From a virus (taxonomy: Duplodnaviria; Caudoviricetes): DNA of 64,000 bases. Under the pieces are notes generated by a model. It did no database searches and was not told where the DNA came from. It saw nothing but the letters and a program-made list of their open reading frames with translations. This document shows, in pieces, positions 19,933-29,272 of the stretch. Position 1 is the first letter of the stretch. Every line of letters begins with the position of its first letter. The DNA is taken from IMG/VR virus record IMGVR_UViG_3300032038_000001, positions 160,001-224,000 of that record; one strand, given 5' to 3'. The position numbers were made by a program, and so were the translations under genes.

Positions 19933-21267
19933 CTAAGTTATCCCATATTTAGAACGCAAAAATTGCAAGTTTTGGGCTATTTGTTCATTAGTGTGTGCAG
20001 AATATGCCACTGCCGCAGCTAATAGTGTTGAATTAGGACCACTAATAGAATCGTCCATTCTAGTAGTCAGTAGGATCCGATAATATATTCCAGTTGACGG
20101 TAGGGTGACAGTAAACGTTCCAGCGACTGTTCCGTCATCTTTTATAGCCTCAACAAAATTGTTTTCTGGAGTAAATCTCATTACAAAGCATGCTTTACCT
20201 AGATCCTCTGGTGTTGCGGTAACATATTCAGGTCTTCCTTCTGAGCGAGCGTCAGGCTCAAAAAGTCCATTCACGAGGAAATTATTACCGTTTGAAAACA
20301 TCGCACCGTTTTCGTCGTTGAAATCAGTTCCATTTGTAGATGACATTATAGTTAGTAGTGCTGTCCATCCAGATGTCCTGTTAGGGGTGAAAGCTCCAAC
20401 GATGTATATTGTAAACCCAGTCGTAAGTATATTATTTGAAATGTCGATTGTGGAATCGGAATACACACCGCCATTGGAAACATATGACCATCTTCTTTGC
20501 GACGTTCCTTTTTCAAAACGTCTTCCGCTGATATTATCGTTCCACGACATGTCATAAGGATTATAATCTTCACTATAAAGAAGAATCGCCACGTCGTTCA
20601 TCACAGGCAGCGGGTCTGGATAAATCTCTGGAAGTTCGCTATAACCGAACAACACACTGCCATCGGAAATTATTCGGCATTTGTCGATACATATGTGATA
20701 ATCGTCTTCGGGTAGTAATCTCAATCTGTCTTGTCCGGCATTGCATCCAAAACAAAACCTATCAGAAGTCGCCGACAATGTAAAGCTCGATATATCAGTT
20801 GTGTCGATTACGGTCCACGTTTTTCCATCAGTGCTGTAACTAACTGTTATTGTATGGGTTTCTGAATTATGCGACAGCTTAATGTAATTGTACGAATTTT
20901 GTGTAAACGACACAGAAACGGTCTTACTGATTGCATCCCACGACCAGTTAGTGCTCGATACGCCATACCATATTCCTGTGCTCAAACGTATTTCTAGCGA
21001 CGGATACGCATAATAGTGACTATCCTCAAGCGTGCCAAAAGCGGCATGAGAATCTGATGTAGCAGTGTGACCTTCGCCCCACCAAAAGCAACATATTATG
21101 TCATATGATTTTGTAGGGTCAAAATTTCTGCCAGCTCTAGGCGCCGATATTCCATACGGATTTCCAATATACCCATTAAATTTTGGAATCTTTTCATGCA
21201 CAACATCATTAAGTAACGTATCACCAAGATAAAGTTTTGCTTTGGTGCTACCGATAAATTCTGGCAT
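19933..21267 (-). CDS. ConA/LamG-like lectin-domain fibre or adhesin protein
   Basis: beta-rich aromatic sequence (YNYIKLSHN..ITVSYSTDGKTW, GFTIYIV); N-terminal AKLYLGDTLL shared with 24591..25223; higher GC. Confidence 0.6.
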   Translation of the reverse strand: MPEFIGSTKAKLYLGDTLLNDVVHEKIPKFNGYIGNPYGISAPRAGRNFDPTKSYDIICCFWWGEGHTATSDSHAAFGTLEDSHYYAYPSLEIRLSTGIWYGVSSTNWSWDAISKTVSVSFTQNSYNYIKLSHNSETHTITVSYSTDGKTWTVIDTTDISSFTLSATSDRFCFGCNAGQDRLRLLPEDDYHICIDKCRIISDGSVLFGYSELPEIYPDPLPVMNDVAILLYSEDYNPYDMSWNDNISGRRFEKGTSQRRWSYVSNGGVYSDSTIDISNNILTTGFTIYIVGAFTPNRTSGWTALLTIMSSTNGTDFNDENGAMFSNGNNFLVNGLFEPDARSEGRPEYVTATPEDLGKACFVMRFTPENNFVEAIKDDGTVAGTFTVTLPSTGIYYRILLTTRMDDSISGPNSTLLAAAVAYSAHTNEQIAQNLQFLRSKYGIT

Positions 21268-21419
21268 TATTCAGTCGCCTCCTCATTTAGTATTATTATA
21301 TCGTGAGATATCATGGCGTTGTATTTGGTCTGTGTATATTTAACAAGACTGATGTCACCTATTCTATCCACTGCAGCGTCTATTTCAGCTCTGGTATGTG
21401 TGCTTATATAGTTTGTCAT
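21267..21419 (-). CDS. 50-aa fibre adaptor-like small protein (not in ORF track)
   Basis: MTNYISTHTRAEIDAAVDRIGDISLVKYTQTKYNAMISHD..; GGAGGT RBS; TAATG coupling to the next gene. Confidence 0.65.
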   Translation of the reverse strand: MTNYISTHTRAEIDAAVDRIGDISLVKYTQTKYNAMISHDIIILNEEATE

Positions 21420-21714
21420 TATTTACCTCCCTTTGTATCTTATGTACATTTCATTTTTTTTAAATTAATGTTTTATATGATAAAAAATAGTTGGGGTTCT
21501 TATCCAGGATTAGATTTTGATATAACTTTAAAAAAAGTAAAGAGAAACCATAGGAAAGGTTTCTCTTTATATTAATTTCTACATCACTATATGTTGGTTT
21601 TATTACCTTAAAACCCCATGCTATTACTGCATTTTTTTAACCTTGATTACGGCAAACCCAGCCTTTTCATGAAAAAAGACAAATACCAAAATTGAGGGCT
21701 GTAAAACGCTGTAA

Positions 21715-22008
21715 TTACGTGGGATTTTGCTTTTGATTTTTCGAATAAAAGTTGGATTTTATTTGATTACGTTTTATTTTAGCACCTTTGAAATTTCTTT
21801 CTATTGTTTCAACAATTGCAAAGTTGACTATTTCAGGATGTGTTTGCCCTGTTGGTTCATACCAATCATCACCGAGAAAATAATTACACAACTCGTGCAA
21901 CGCTTCTTGAGCGGTCATAGATGGTAACGGCTTAGCATAATTATCATTTTCGACTGCGTAACCGCAAACATCGTTAATCAAGTGTTTATAGTCTAACTTC
22001 TTACGCAT
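21715..22008 (-). CDS. hypothetical protein
   Basis: 97-aa ORF inside the island. Confidence 0.5.
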   Translation of the reverse strand: MRKKLDYKHLINDVCGYAVENDNYAKPLPSMTAQEALHELCNYFLGDDWYEPTGQTHPEIVNFAIVETIERNFKGAKIKRNQIKSNFYSKNQKQNPT

Positions 22009-22163
22009 AACAGAATCGCCACTCTTTTACGAACTTTGATGTTTTTTTACCTTGCTCATGATATTATCTCTCTTTCAAAAATTTGTTTTCACCCGTCCCA
22101 AACGACGGTAGCGTTTGTTGAGCCCCACGGCACGTCGCTTATGTTGCCATATGTAAAAGTGAA

Positions 22164-23900
22164 TTAAGAGACTGCTACTGAACGACAATAAATCTCATTT
22201 CCGTTGCCAACTGATATCGGATTTGTCCGAGCCAGCCAATCTTCGATTGTCGCATACCACGTATATGTACGCGTCTCGTCCTGTGATGTTGTGGGGAGAG
22301 TTGCGCCACTGTTGTAGGTTGTATATTCGACATAATCAACAATTGGTGAAACGGGATAATTGCTCGCGGTTGTATAATCGTCATATGTACCAAGTGGAAT
22401 ATAAATAATTGATATGTTGGTATTAAAAGTATTATTGGTTATAGTTGGTGGTTGAAGAGTCATAAATTTTACGGAAGTCAGTGCATTGCAGTACTTAAAT
22501 GTATCATTACCCATGCTTGTAACACTGTTCGGTATGGTTACAGAAGCCAGTGCTGAGCACCCGCTAAATACTTTGGCACCTATGTTTACAACACTGTTCG
22601 GTATGGTTACAGAAGCCAGTGCTGAGCAATTGATAAATGCACTCTCACCTATGCTTGTGACATTGTCCGGTATGGTTATAGAAGTCAGTCCATAACAGTT
22701 CTTAAATGTACCGTAACTCATGCTTGAAACACTGTTCGGTATGGTTACAGAAGTCAGTGCATAGCAAACGGTAAATGCATTGTCACCTATGCTTGTAACA
22801 CTGTCTGGCATGGTTACGGAAGCCAGTGCTGTGCATCCGGAAAATGCACTCGCACCTATGCTTATAACACTGTCTGGTATGGTTACAGAAGCCAGTGCTG
22901 TGCATCCGGAAAATGCACTCTCACCTATGCTTGTAACATTGTTCGGTATGGTTACAGAAGTCAGTGTACGGCAACTGCCAAATACACTGTTACCCATGCT
23001 TGTAACACTGTACGGTATGGTTACGGAAGTCAGTGCTGAGCACCCTCTAAATGCATTCTCACCTATGCTTGTAACACTGTCCGGTATGGTTACGGAAGTC
23101 AGTGCATCGCACCCGTTAAATGTATTATTACCAATGCTTGAAACACTGTTCGGTATGGTTACAGAAGTCAGTGCTGAGCACATGCTAAATGCAAACTTGC
23201 CTATGCTTGTAACACTGTTCGGTATGGTTACAGAAGTCAGTGTATCGCACCCGCTAAATGCGTCTTCTATGGATGTAATTCCATCTCCAATTCTTACATA
23301 TGTTACTCTGCTATCAGGTGTGTTAGACAGCATCATAGTAGTATCGTCCTCAATAGGTGTTACAGTTATATCATATTTACCACCATTTGAATAGGTATGC
23401 TCTGGCTGAGAGTCCACAGTTTCAGCACTGCTACCATCGCCCCAATCAATAGATGCTTCACCCATTATTTCTAATGGCAGAGTAACTAGCACTGAGTCGT
23501 TTTTCAATGCTACTCCGAATCTAGTCTTACCATCAGAGGTATTATACATCTGCCCGATATTAAGTTTGCCAAAAGCAGCAACATAAGTCTTAGCATCAGC
23601 TAAAGTCCAGTTCCAGCCTTGGGCGGTAAGACCCGTATGTGTGGGATTACTTGGCATTGCGGAAAGATTTGCAAAATCGGAAGCAGAATAGCTATGAAGT
23701 ATCGTACCGTCATAATCGTAGAAGATGACGTCATTTGAAGCTCCCGTGCTACCTGTCTGAATAGTAGCTATGTCGCTGGCAAACTCTTCTAAACCGTCAT
23801 TAGCACCAACAGTGCCGCCTTTAGCTGTTATTGCATTACCTATTGCAGTCTTAGCATTTACAAGTCTTGCAAGATTTTCAGCTATTGTGTATTCAGGCAT
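22164..23900 (-). CDS. BspA/TpLRR-type leucine-rich repeat protein with PKD-like domain
   Basis: about 12 repeats of 23 aa (LTSVTIPNSVTSIGxxAFxxC); IDWGDG..HTY PKD-like motif; phage fibre-like N-terminus. Confidence 0.9.
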   Translation of the reverse strand: MPEYTIAENLARLVNAKTAIGNAITAKGGTVGANDGLEEFASDIATIQTGSTGASNDVIFYDYDGTILHSYSASDFANLSAMPSNPTHTGLTAQGWNWTLADAKTYVAAFGKLNIGQMYNTSDGKTRFGVALKNDSVLVTLPLEIMGEASIDWGDGSSAETVDSQPEHTYSNGGKYDITVTPIEDDTTMMLSNTPDSRVTYVRIGDGITSIEDAFSGCDTLTSVTIPNSVTSIGKFAFSMCSALTSVTIPNSVSSIGNNTFNGCDALTSVTIPDSVTSIGENAFRGCSALTSVTIPYSVTSMGNSVFGSCRTLTSVTIPNNVTSIGESAFSGCTALASVTIPDSVISIGASAFSGCTALASVTMPDSVTSIGDNAFTVCYALTSVTIPNSVSSMSYGTFKNCYGLTSITIPDNVTSIGESAFINCSALASVTIPNSVVNIGAKVFSGCSALASVTIPNSVTSMGNDTFKYCNALTSVKFMTLQPPTITNNTFNTNISIIYIPLGTYDDYTTASNYPVSPIVDYVEYTTYNSGATLPTTSQDETRTYTWYATIEDWLARTNPISVGNGNEIYCRSVAVS

Positions 23901-23901
23901 A

Positions 23902-24504
23902 TTACAGCACCCCCTCTAAAACCGTATTAATGTTGCCGATTGTCTGTTGAATCGAAGCGATGTCTGTTTTGTTTGTAGTTATCTGCGCAAGCTGAGCTGC
24001 CGTTGCAAACTTGTTGGTAGAATTTGCATCGTCTACAAGGTCTGCGGACAGTTTGTTTTGAGCTGTAATCTCAGCCTGTAACCCGTTGATAATATCCTCA
24101 AGAGGTATTGTGATTGTTTGCCCTGACACCAGCGTCAGTATAAGCGACTTGCTTTGTGAATTGTACGAGCCGTTTACCACTGTGCTTTCTAAAGGCAAGT
24201 CAATGCTTTGCGCTTCGCCGAGAGGATCGCTGTTCTTATCCAGCAGCTGGACAGTCATAACGTATGTAGTCGTGTTTATTGAGATTGATATTCCAGTTGC
24301 ATAATCTTCACCGCCACTAGAATCACTTTGAACTTCGTTCCAATGACCATTAAACTTAGTATACTCAGATAAAACTTTTTTAGTAAGTTCGTCTATTACA
24401 TATGCGACATCTCCATTGTATCCATACGTATCAGTAAGACGTGATGCATCCGATACATATGTGGTACTACCAATATATTTTTTATTTACCATAATAAAAA
24501 TCAA
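23902..24504 (-). CDS. fibre/adaptor-like protein (true start probably 24492)
   Basis: IDLPLES..VVNGSY motif and coiled-coil C-terminus; coupled to the LRR gene. Confidence 0.55.
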   Translation of the reverse strand: MIFIMVNKKYIGSTTYVSDASRLTDTYGYNGDVAYVIDELTKKVLSEYTKFNGHWNEVQSDSSGGEDYATGISISINTTTYVMTVQLLDKNSDPLGEAQSIDLPLESTVVNGSYNSQSKSLILTLVSGQTITIPLEDIINGLQAEITAQNKLSADLVDDANSTNKFATAAQLAQITTNKTDIASIQQTIGNINTVLEGVL

Positions 24505-24578
24505 CTCCTTTTATTTTTTTTTTAAATTATTGTCTTATATAATAATAGTTGAGGTTCTTATCCAAGATTGATTTTTGA
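24454..24578. repeat. about 125-bp promoter/RBS/gene-start repeat, second copy 25292-25417, partial copy about 21455-21520
   Basis: tacatatgtggtactaccaatatattttttatttaccat ... ataatagttgaggttcttatccaagattga nearly identical in both copies. Confidence 0.9.
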
Positions 24579-24590
24579 TAAAAATTTTGA

Positions 24591-25223
24591 TTATTCGCCT
24601 ACAAACAACATTTGATCAGTTTCACGATTAGTGGCCATCTCAGATGATGTGAGTATACGATTATAGAATCGTCCACTGTATACGCTACCTGGTAATATTC
24701 TATCACTGATTGTGCCGCACCCTACATACAGTTGCCCGCCTCTGCTAGTCATACCGCTAGTATTTGTATTTATGTTAGTAAATGTGTCAACAACTTCACC
24801 ATCGACATACAGGTACGCTATTGCATTAGGTATATCGACTACAATTGACGCAGTGAATAGTTCATTTACAGGCCATTCATAATCATTGTTATGATGAAAC
24901 CAGTCACCGTTAATAGCTATGTCATGCACACCATAGTTCATTGACGCTATAACCGTTGCCGAATCTATACTACTGCCATATGGCGCAAACTCAAGTAAAC
25001 GAAAATATTGCTGGTCTACAGAAGTTATCTTTGTACATGCCTCGAAAGTATACCCGTTAGAAAAGTCGAGCCCTGCACCGATTCTTACCTGGGTGCCAGC
25101 AGGTCCTATATCACGGTTTGTGTACCAAAACAAGTCGGAAGATACGTATTTTGGGTCGTCTCTACTGAGAAGGGTATCGCCTAAATAAAGTTTAGCGTTC
25201 ACGTCACCAATCATTATGCTCAT
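24591..25223 (-). CDS. LamG/ConA-like domain protein
   Basis: YTFEA, AYLYVDG, LYVG, GRFYNRILTSSEM LamG pattern; AKLYLGDTLL N-terminus. Confidence 0.75.
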   Translation of the reverse strand: MSIMIGDVNAKLYLGDTLLSRDDPKYVSSDLFWYTNRDIGPAGTQVRIGAGLDFSNGYTFEACTKITSVDQQYFRLLEFAPYGSSIDSATVIASMNYGVHDIAINGDWFHHNNDYEWPVNELFTASIVVDIPNAIAYLYVDGEVVDTFTNINTNTSGMTSRGGQLYVGCGTISDRILPGSVYSGRFYNRILTSSEMATNRETDQMLFVGE

Positions 25224-25330
25224 TCACCCACCTCCAAATCTGGGATTACTATGTACGGTGTATCAGAATCGTGAGATATCATGGCGTCTATTACATATGT
25301 GGTACTACCAATATATTTTTTATTTACCAT
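25220..25330 (-). CDS. 36-aa chimeric small ORF (not in ORF track)
   Basis: MVNKKYIGSTTYVIDAMISHDSDTPYIVIPDLEVGE; AAGGAG RBS; ATGA overlap with the next gene. Confidence 0.55.
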   Translation of the reverse strand: MVNKKYIGSTTYVIDAMISHDSDTPYIVIPDLEVGE

Positions 25331-25433
25331 ATATGAAAATCAACTCCTTTTATTTTTTTTTTAAATTATTGTCTTATATGATAATAGTTGAGGTTCTTAT
25401 CCAAGATTGAATTTTGACAGAAATTTAATAAAA

Positions 25434-25468
25434 AAAATGGAGAGTACAGAAACTGTACTCTCCATTTT
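25434..25468 (-). terminator. intrinsic terminator after the capsid gene
   Basis: aaaatggagagtacag / ctgtactctccatttt. Confidence 0.8.
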
Positions 25469-25495
25469 ACTCATAAATCATTTTTTACAACTGCA

Positions 25496-27307
25496 TTAAT
25501 CCAGATTAATATAATCTTCTGCATTAGCAAACTTAAGCTGAGCCTGGATACCCTGAATAGATGCATTAGTATATCTAGATACACCCATCAGGTTAGTCAT
25601 AGATCCACCAGGGAGATCAGGTGCCCGATAAGCAGAGTTCTGAGCGGTCAGAATATGAGTTGTGTACTTATAGTGCTTGAATGTAAACTGTTCGTTAGAA
25701 AGCGGGAAAGGAATAATACGAATACCGCTAAATTCCTTCTTCTCTTCATCATACGAAGCATTAACCTTCTTAGTAGAAACTACCTGAACCTTAACATCAC
25801 CAGATGTCATGATACCATAGCTATAGTCAAGCTTTACGCCGTTAGCAGTGGAACCAGGTCTTGTAATCCAGTTTACTACAGGATTCAGCAGAGAAATAAA
25901 TCTGGGGTTACCGTAGATAACGAAGGTCATATCCTCAAGCTTAGCTTTATCACAGATATCAATGATAAGTCTGTCAATCTTAAACTTGAGCATCTTCTCA
26001 ATGTACTCATTAGGCAGAGCAGTTGTCAGTGAAGTAGAATCACAGTCGAATACTCTCTTGGTGATAAATGAACCCCAACCAAGGATATCATCCTGAGAAA
26101 TCTCAACACCATCATACAGATTAAACTGCTCATCCAGCCATGAAAGAATAGTTGAATCTTCCATCTGAGTCATATAGTCTGCGAGGTTATTATATGTCTT
26201 CTTATAGAGGTCAATATCCATCAGTGCCTTAGCGTCCTCAAGCTCCTCAAGAGAATAAGGAACGTTTACTCTGGTACCGTCTTCAATCTTCCACTCAATC
26301 TCTTCACGAGCGTAATCAAATGTTACGTGTCTCTCGTTCTTTTCATTTGACAGGTAACCGTCAAATACAACACCCTTAACAACACCCTTCAGGCTGTTTA
26401 CAGATGTTCTCTTAGTAACAAAGTCAACAACACCGGTAACGATATCATCAACGTGCAGTTCAGTACCTTCAGAACCAGTAACAGTAGTATCAATCTTACC
26501 ACCGAGCCACATATTATCTGAGAGGTTAATTCTCATAGGTCTGTTCAGAGGTACTTCAATAGTCTTAGTATCATCATCAGGATCTGCTACAACAAACTTG
26601 ATGATCTTCAGGTCCATAGTAAACTCTTCTCTTGCAGCGTTTGTCTTTGAACCCTCAGCATTAGCATCAGTCAGATTAGCAACTACATCATAGTCAACAG
26701 CAGGAAGATTAACAACGGTATTCTTGATAGGAAGACCCTTACCTGCTGCATATACTTCCTTGAATTCATCAGTGAAGAAGCACTGAGGATACTTCCATCT
26801 CTTAGTCTTATCATTGTTATCAACAATATAAGTCTGCTCGATATGCTTCTTGATTATAGGGCTCTTTGTAACCTCAGTCTGAATAATATCCTTAGTAGCA
26901 AGCTTCAGCTGCTGCTTAATCAGAATAGGGAAATCAATAGCCTTGATAGGCAGAAGCTGAGGAACTCTGGTAGACTCCTTAACGAAGTCCTCACAGCAGT
27001 TATCAAACATCTGCGAAACCTGCTCATACAGATGAGCGTGTGTACCATAGCTGCCATCAGGATCATCCATATTAGCGCACTCAGTCTTAAGTTCGCCCAG
27101 AAGAGCCTCCTTAACAGCGTTCAGCTTAGCCTTATTCTTAATAATGGGATTGATATCAATCATCATATCGACACCGTTATTAAGCATAGAGTTATAAGCC
27201 TCAGTAAAAATGTCATCAAATGTGTTCTTTACACCAGCGCCGAAACCACCAACGGTTGCGGTCTCCTGGAAATCCTTAGCGGATTCAGAAATGAATGTTA
27301 ATGCCAT
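25496..27307 (-). CDS. major capsid protein
   Basis: 603 aa, strong high-expression codon bias, HK97/T4-like elements (YSLEELEDAKALMDID, FVIYGNPRFISLL, SRY), late promoter 27428-27439. Confidence 0.75.
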   Translation of the reverse strand: MALTFISESAKDFQETATVGGFGAGVKNTFDDIFTEAYNSMLNNGVDMMIDINPIIKNKAKLNAVKEALLGELKTECANMDDPDGSYGTHAHLYEQVSQMFDNCCEDFVKESTRVPQLLPIKAIDFPILIKQQLKLATKDIIQTEVTKSPIIKKHIEQTYIVDNNDKTKRWKYPQCFFTDEFKEVYAAGKGLPIKNTVVNLPAVDYDVVANLTDANAEGSKTNAAREEFTMDLKIIKFVVADPDDDTKTIEVPLNRPMRINLSDNMWLGGKIDTTVTGSEGTELHVDDIVTGVVDFVTKRTSVNSLKGVVKGVVFDGYLSNEKNERHVTFDYAREEIEWKIEDGTRVNVPYSLEELEDAKALMDIDLYKKTYNNLADYMTQMEDSTILSWLDEQFNLYDGVEISQDDILGWGSFITKRVFDCDSTSLTTALPNEYIEKMLKFKIDRLIIDICDKAKLEDMTFVIYGNPRFISLLNPVVNWITRPGSTANGVKLDYSYGIMTSGDVKVQVVSTKKVNASYDEEKKEFSGIRIIPFPLSNEQFTFKHYKYTTHILTAQNSAYRAPDLPGGSMTNLMGVSRYTNASIQGIQAQLKFANAEDYINLD

Positions 27308-27455
27308 TTAAAATTTCAACTCCTTTTCTAAATTTAATGGATTAAACTTTTTTGTAATTATTACCTGTTAATAAGAATAAGTAATTCAAGTATTAACAGA
27401 AATTAATCCATTCGGATTAACTATAATTATTTATATGTTTAAATAATGAATATCA

Positions 27456-29258
27456 TTATTTGTTGATTTTCTTTGTTTTGGTAAGAAGTTTAAATATTAA
27501 CTGAACAGAAACTACTAAATTTTGATAAAAGAGCAATGATTGAATATACGAGTTGGTTTCAAATTTAATCATCATATAATCATATGCTAAATCCTTAACT
27601 TCTCTTAATTTAGAAACTGCTGTTTTTACAATCTGATTAACTGCTAAGTCATCTTTGATATTTGTATCAAGTTTTGATATGTAGTTATCTATTGCATTGT
27701 AAAGTGACATATATTCTCTGAAAAGATTGTACTTTCTAGTTGTATCATATTCCAAACCAGGTTTTTTCTTTTCATTATTTTGAGCAGCTTGAACTGTATT
27801 ATTTGGATTTGTTCCTGTTCCATTAAAATTTGTATCTGTTTGGCTAGCATCATTATTTTGATTATCATCATTCATCGGTTGGATATCGCCAGATGCATTA
27901 TCAGTATTATTATTAAAATTTGTATCTTGAGTATTTTGGTTTTCACCATTTGTTGTTTGGTCATTGCTTTGTGATTGATTTTCATTATTCGCATCTTGAT
28001 CATCGTTCATAGGTTCTATATCACCAGTTGCATTATTATCGGTAGCTTGATCGTCTTGATTCTCATTATCATTCTGATTATTATCATCAATTGGTTGGAT
28101 ATCACCGGATGCATCAGATGAGTCATCAGAACCACTGGAATCATTATTTGTTGGGTCTTCTTCTGATGTGGTATCATCTTCTATTGGTTGAATATCACCA
28201 GTATTATCAGAAGCATCGTCTTCCAATGGTTCAATGTTATTAGAATCAGTTCCATCATCAATAGGTTTAATATCGTTAGTGGTATCATCTTCTATTGGTT
28301 GTATATCACCAGTATCATCAGACGTATTATCTTCCAATGGTTCAATGTCATCAGAACCGGTTTCATCATCAATAGGTTTAATATCGTTAGTGGTATCATC
28401 TTCTATTGGTTGAATATCACCAGTATCATCAGAAGCATCGTCTTCCAACGGTTCAATGTTATTAGAATCAGTTCCATCATCAATAGGTTCAATTTCCACA
28501 TCAGATGAGTTATCAATAGGTTCGATATCATTAGTAGTGCTATCATCTTCTATTGGTTCAATATCATCATCATCGGAGACATCGTCTTCTATTGGTTGAA
28601 TATCACCATCATCAGATGTATCATCTTCCAAAGGTTCAATGTCATCAGAATCAGTCGCATCATCAATATGTTCAATTTCGACATCAGATGAGTCATCAAT
28701 AGGTTTGATATCGTTAGTAGTGCTATCATCCTCTATTGGTTCAATATCATCATCAGATGTATCATCTTCCAATGGTTCAATGTCTGATATATCATCATCA
28801 CTAATAGGTTCGATGTCAGCTATATCCATTGAATCGATATCTTCCAAATTATCTTCGTTTTCATCATCTAATGGTTCAATATCATTGATATGTTTATCAT
28901 CATTTTTATTAGATTTTTTTTGTGGTTTCTTTTTTTTAGTCTTCTTCTTTTTAGGTTTAGGAATTTTTGGGATATCTTTGATATCAACATCATAATCGTC
29001 TTCGTCTAATTCCGCAATATCCAGATCAATAGGAAGTTCATCATCTTCCAAATCCATATCAGATAAGTCCACATTAAATTCCAAATCATCTATTTCATCA
29101 TCGGTAATATCTATTGATGATAATAAGTCTATATCATCTTGTCTTTTCTTCGTTTCAATAAATATTTCCTGTGTATCTGGTATTGTATTGACACTTTCAT
29201 CAGCTAGAAAATATTTACCATATTTGTTGTTTATCCTTTTAGGAGTTTTGAGCAACAA
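27456..29258 (-). CDS. very acidic repeat protein, candidate scaffold or inner-head protein
   Basis: more than 20 DI(E/Q/K)P(I/L/M)(E/D)DD repeats, helical C-terminal domain, immediately upstream of the capsid gene. Confidence 0.6.
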   Translation of the reverse strand: MLLKTPKRINNKYGKYFLADESVNTIPDTQEIFIETKKRQDDIDLLSSIDITDDEIDDLEFNVDLSDMDLEDDELPIDLDIAELDEDDYDVDIKDIPKIPKPKKKKTKKKKPQKKSNKNDDKHINDIEPLDDENEDNLEDIDSMDIADIEPISDDDISDIEPLEDDTSDDDIEPIEDDSTTNDIKPIDDSSDVEIEHIDDATDSDDIEPLEDDTSDDGDIQPIEDDVSDDDDIEPIEDDSTTNDIEPIDNSSDVEIEPIDDGTDSNNIEPLEDDASDDTGDIQPIEDDTTNDIKPIDDETGSDDIEPLEDNTSDDTGDIQPIEDDTTNDIKPIDDGTDSNNIEPLEDDASDNTGDIQPIEDDTTSEEDPTNNDSSGSDDSSDASGDIQPIDDNNQNDNENQDDQATDNNATGDIEPMNDDQDANNENQSQSNDQTTNGENQNTQDTNFNNNTDNASGDIQPMNDDNQNNDASQTDTNFNGTGTNPNNTVQAAQNNEKKKPGLEYDTTRKYNLFREYMSLYNAIDNYISKLDTNIKDDLAVNQIVKTAVSKLREVKDLAYDYMMIKFETNSYIQSLLFYQNLVVSVQLIFKLLTKTKKINK

Positions 29259-29272
29259 CTTTCATCACCCCT

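Noticed and set aside
22060-22160. GC-rich intergenic stretch as a riboswitch
   Set aside because: Only a short possible stem and no recognisable aptamer consensus; more likely captured foreign DNA within the island
22486-23394. Plus-strand repetitive ORFs (PMLVTLFGMVTEVS..)
   Set aside because: Antisense shadows of the LRR repeats, with no RBS or promoter
19933-25223. Diversity-generating retroelement or invertase shufflon
   Set aside because: No reverse transcriptase, no adenine-specific TR/VR pair, no recombinase; repeats are direct rather than inverted
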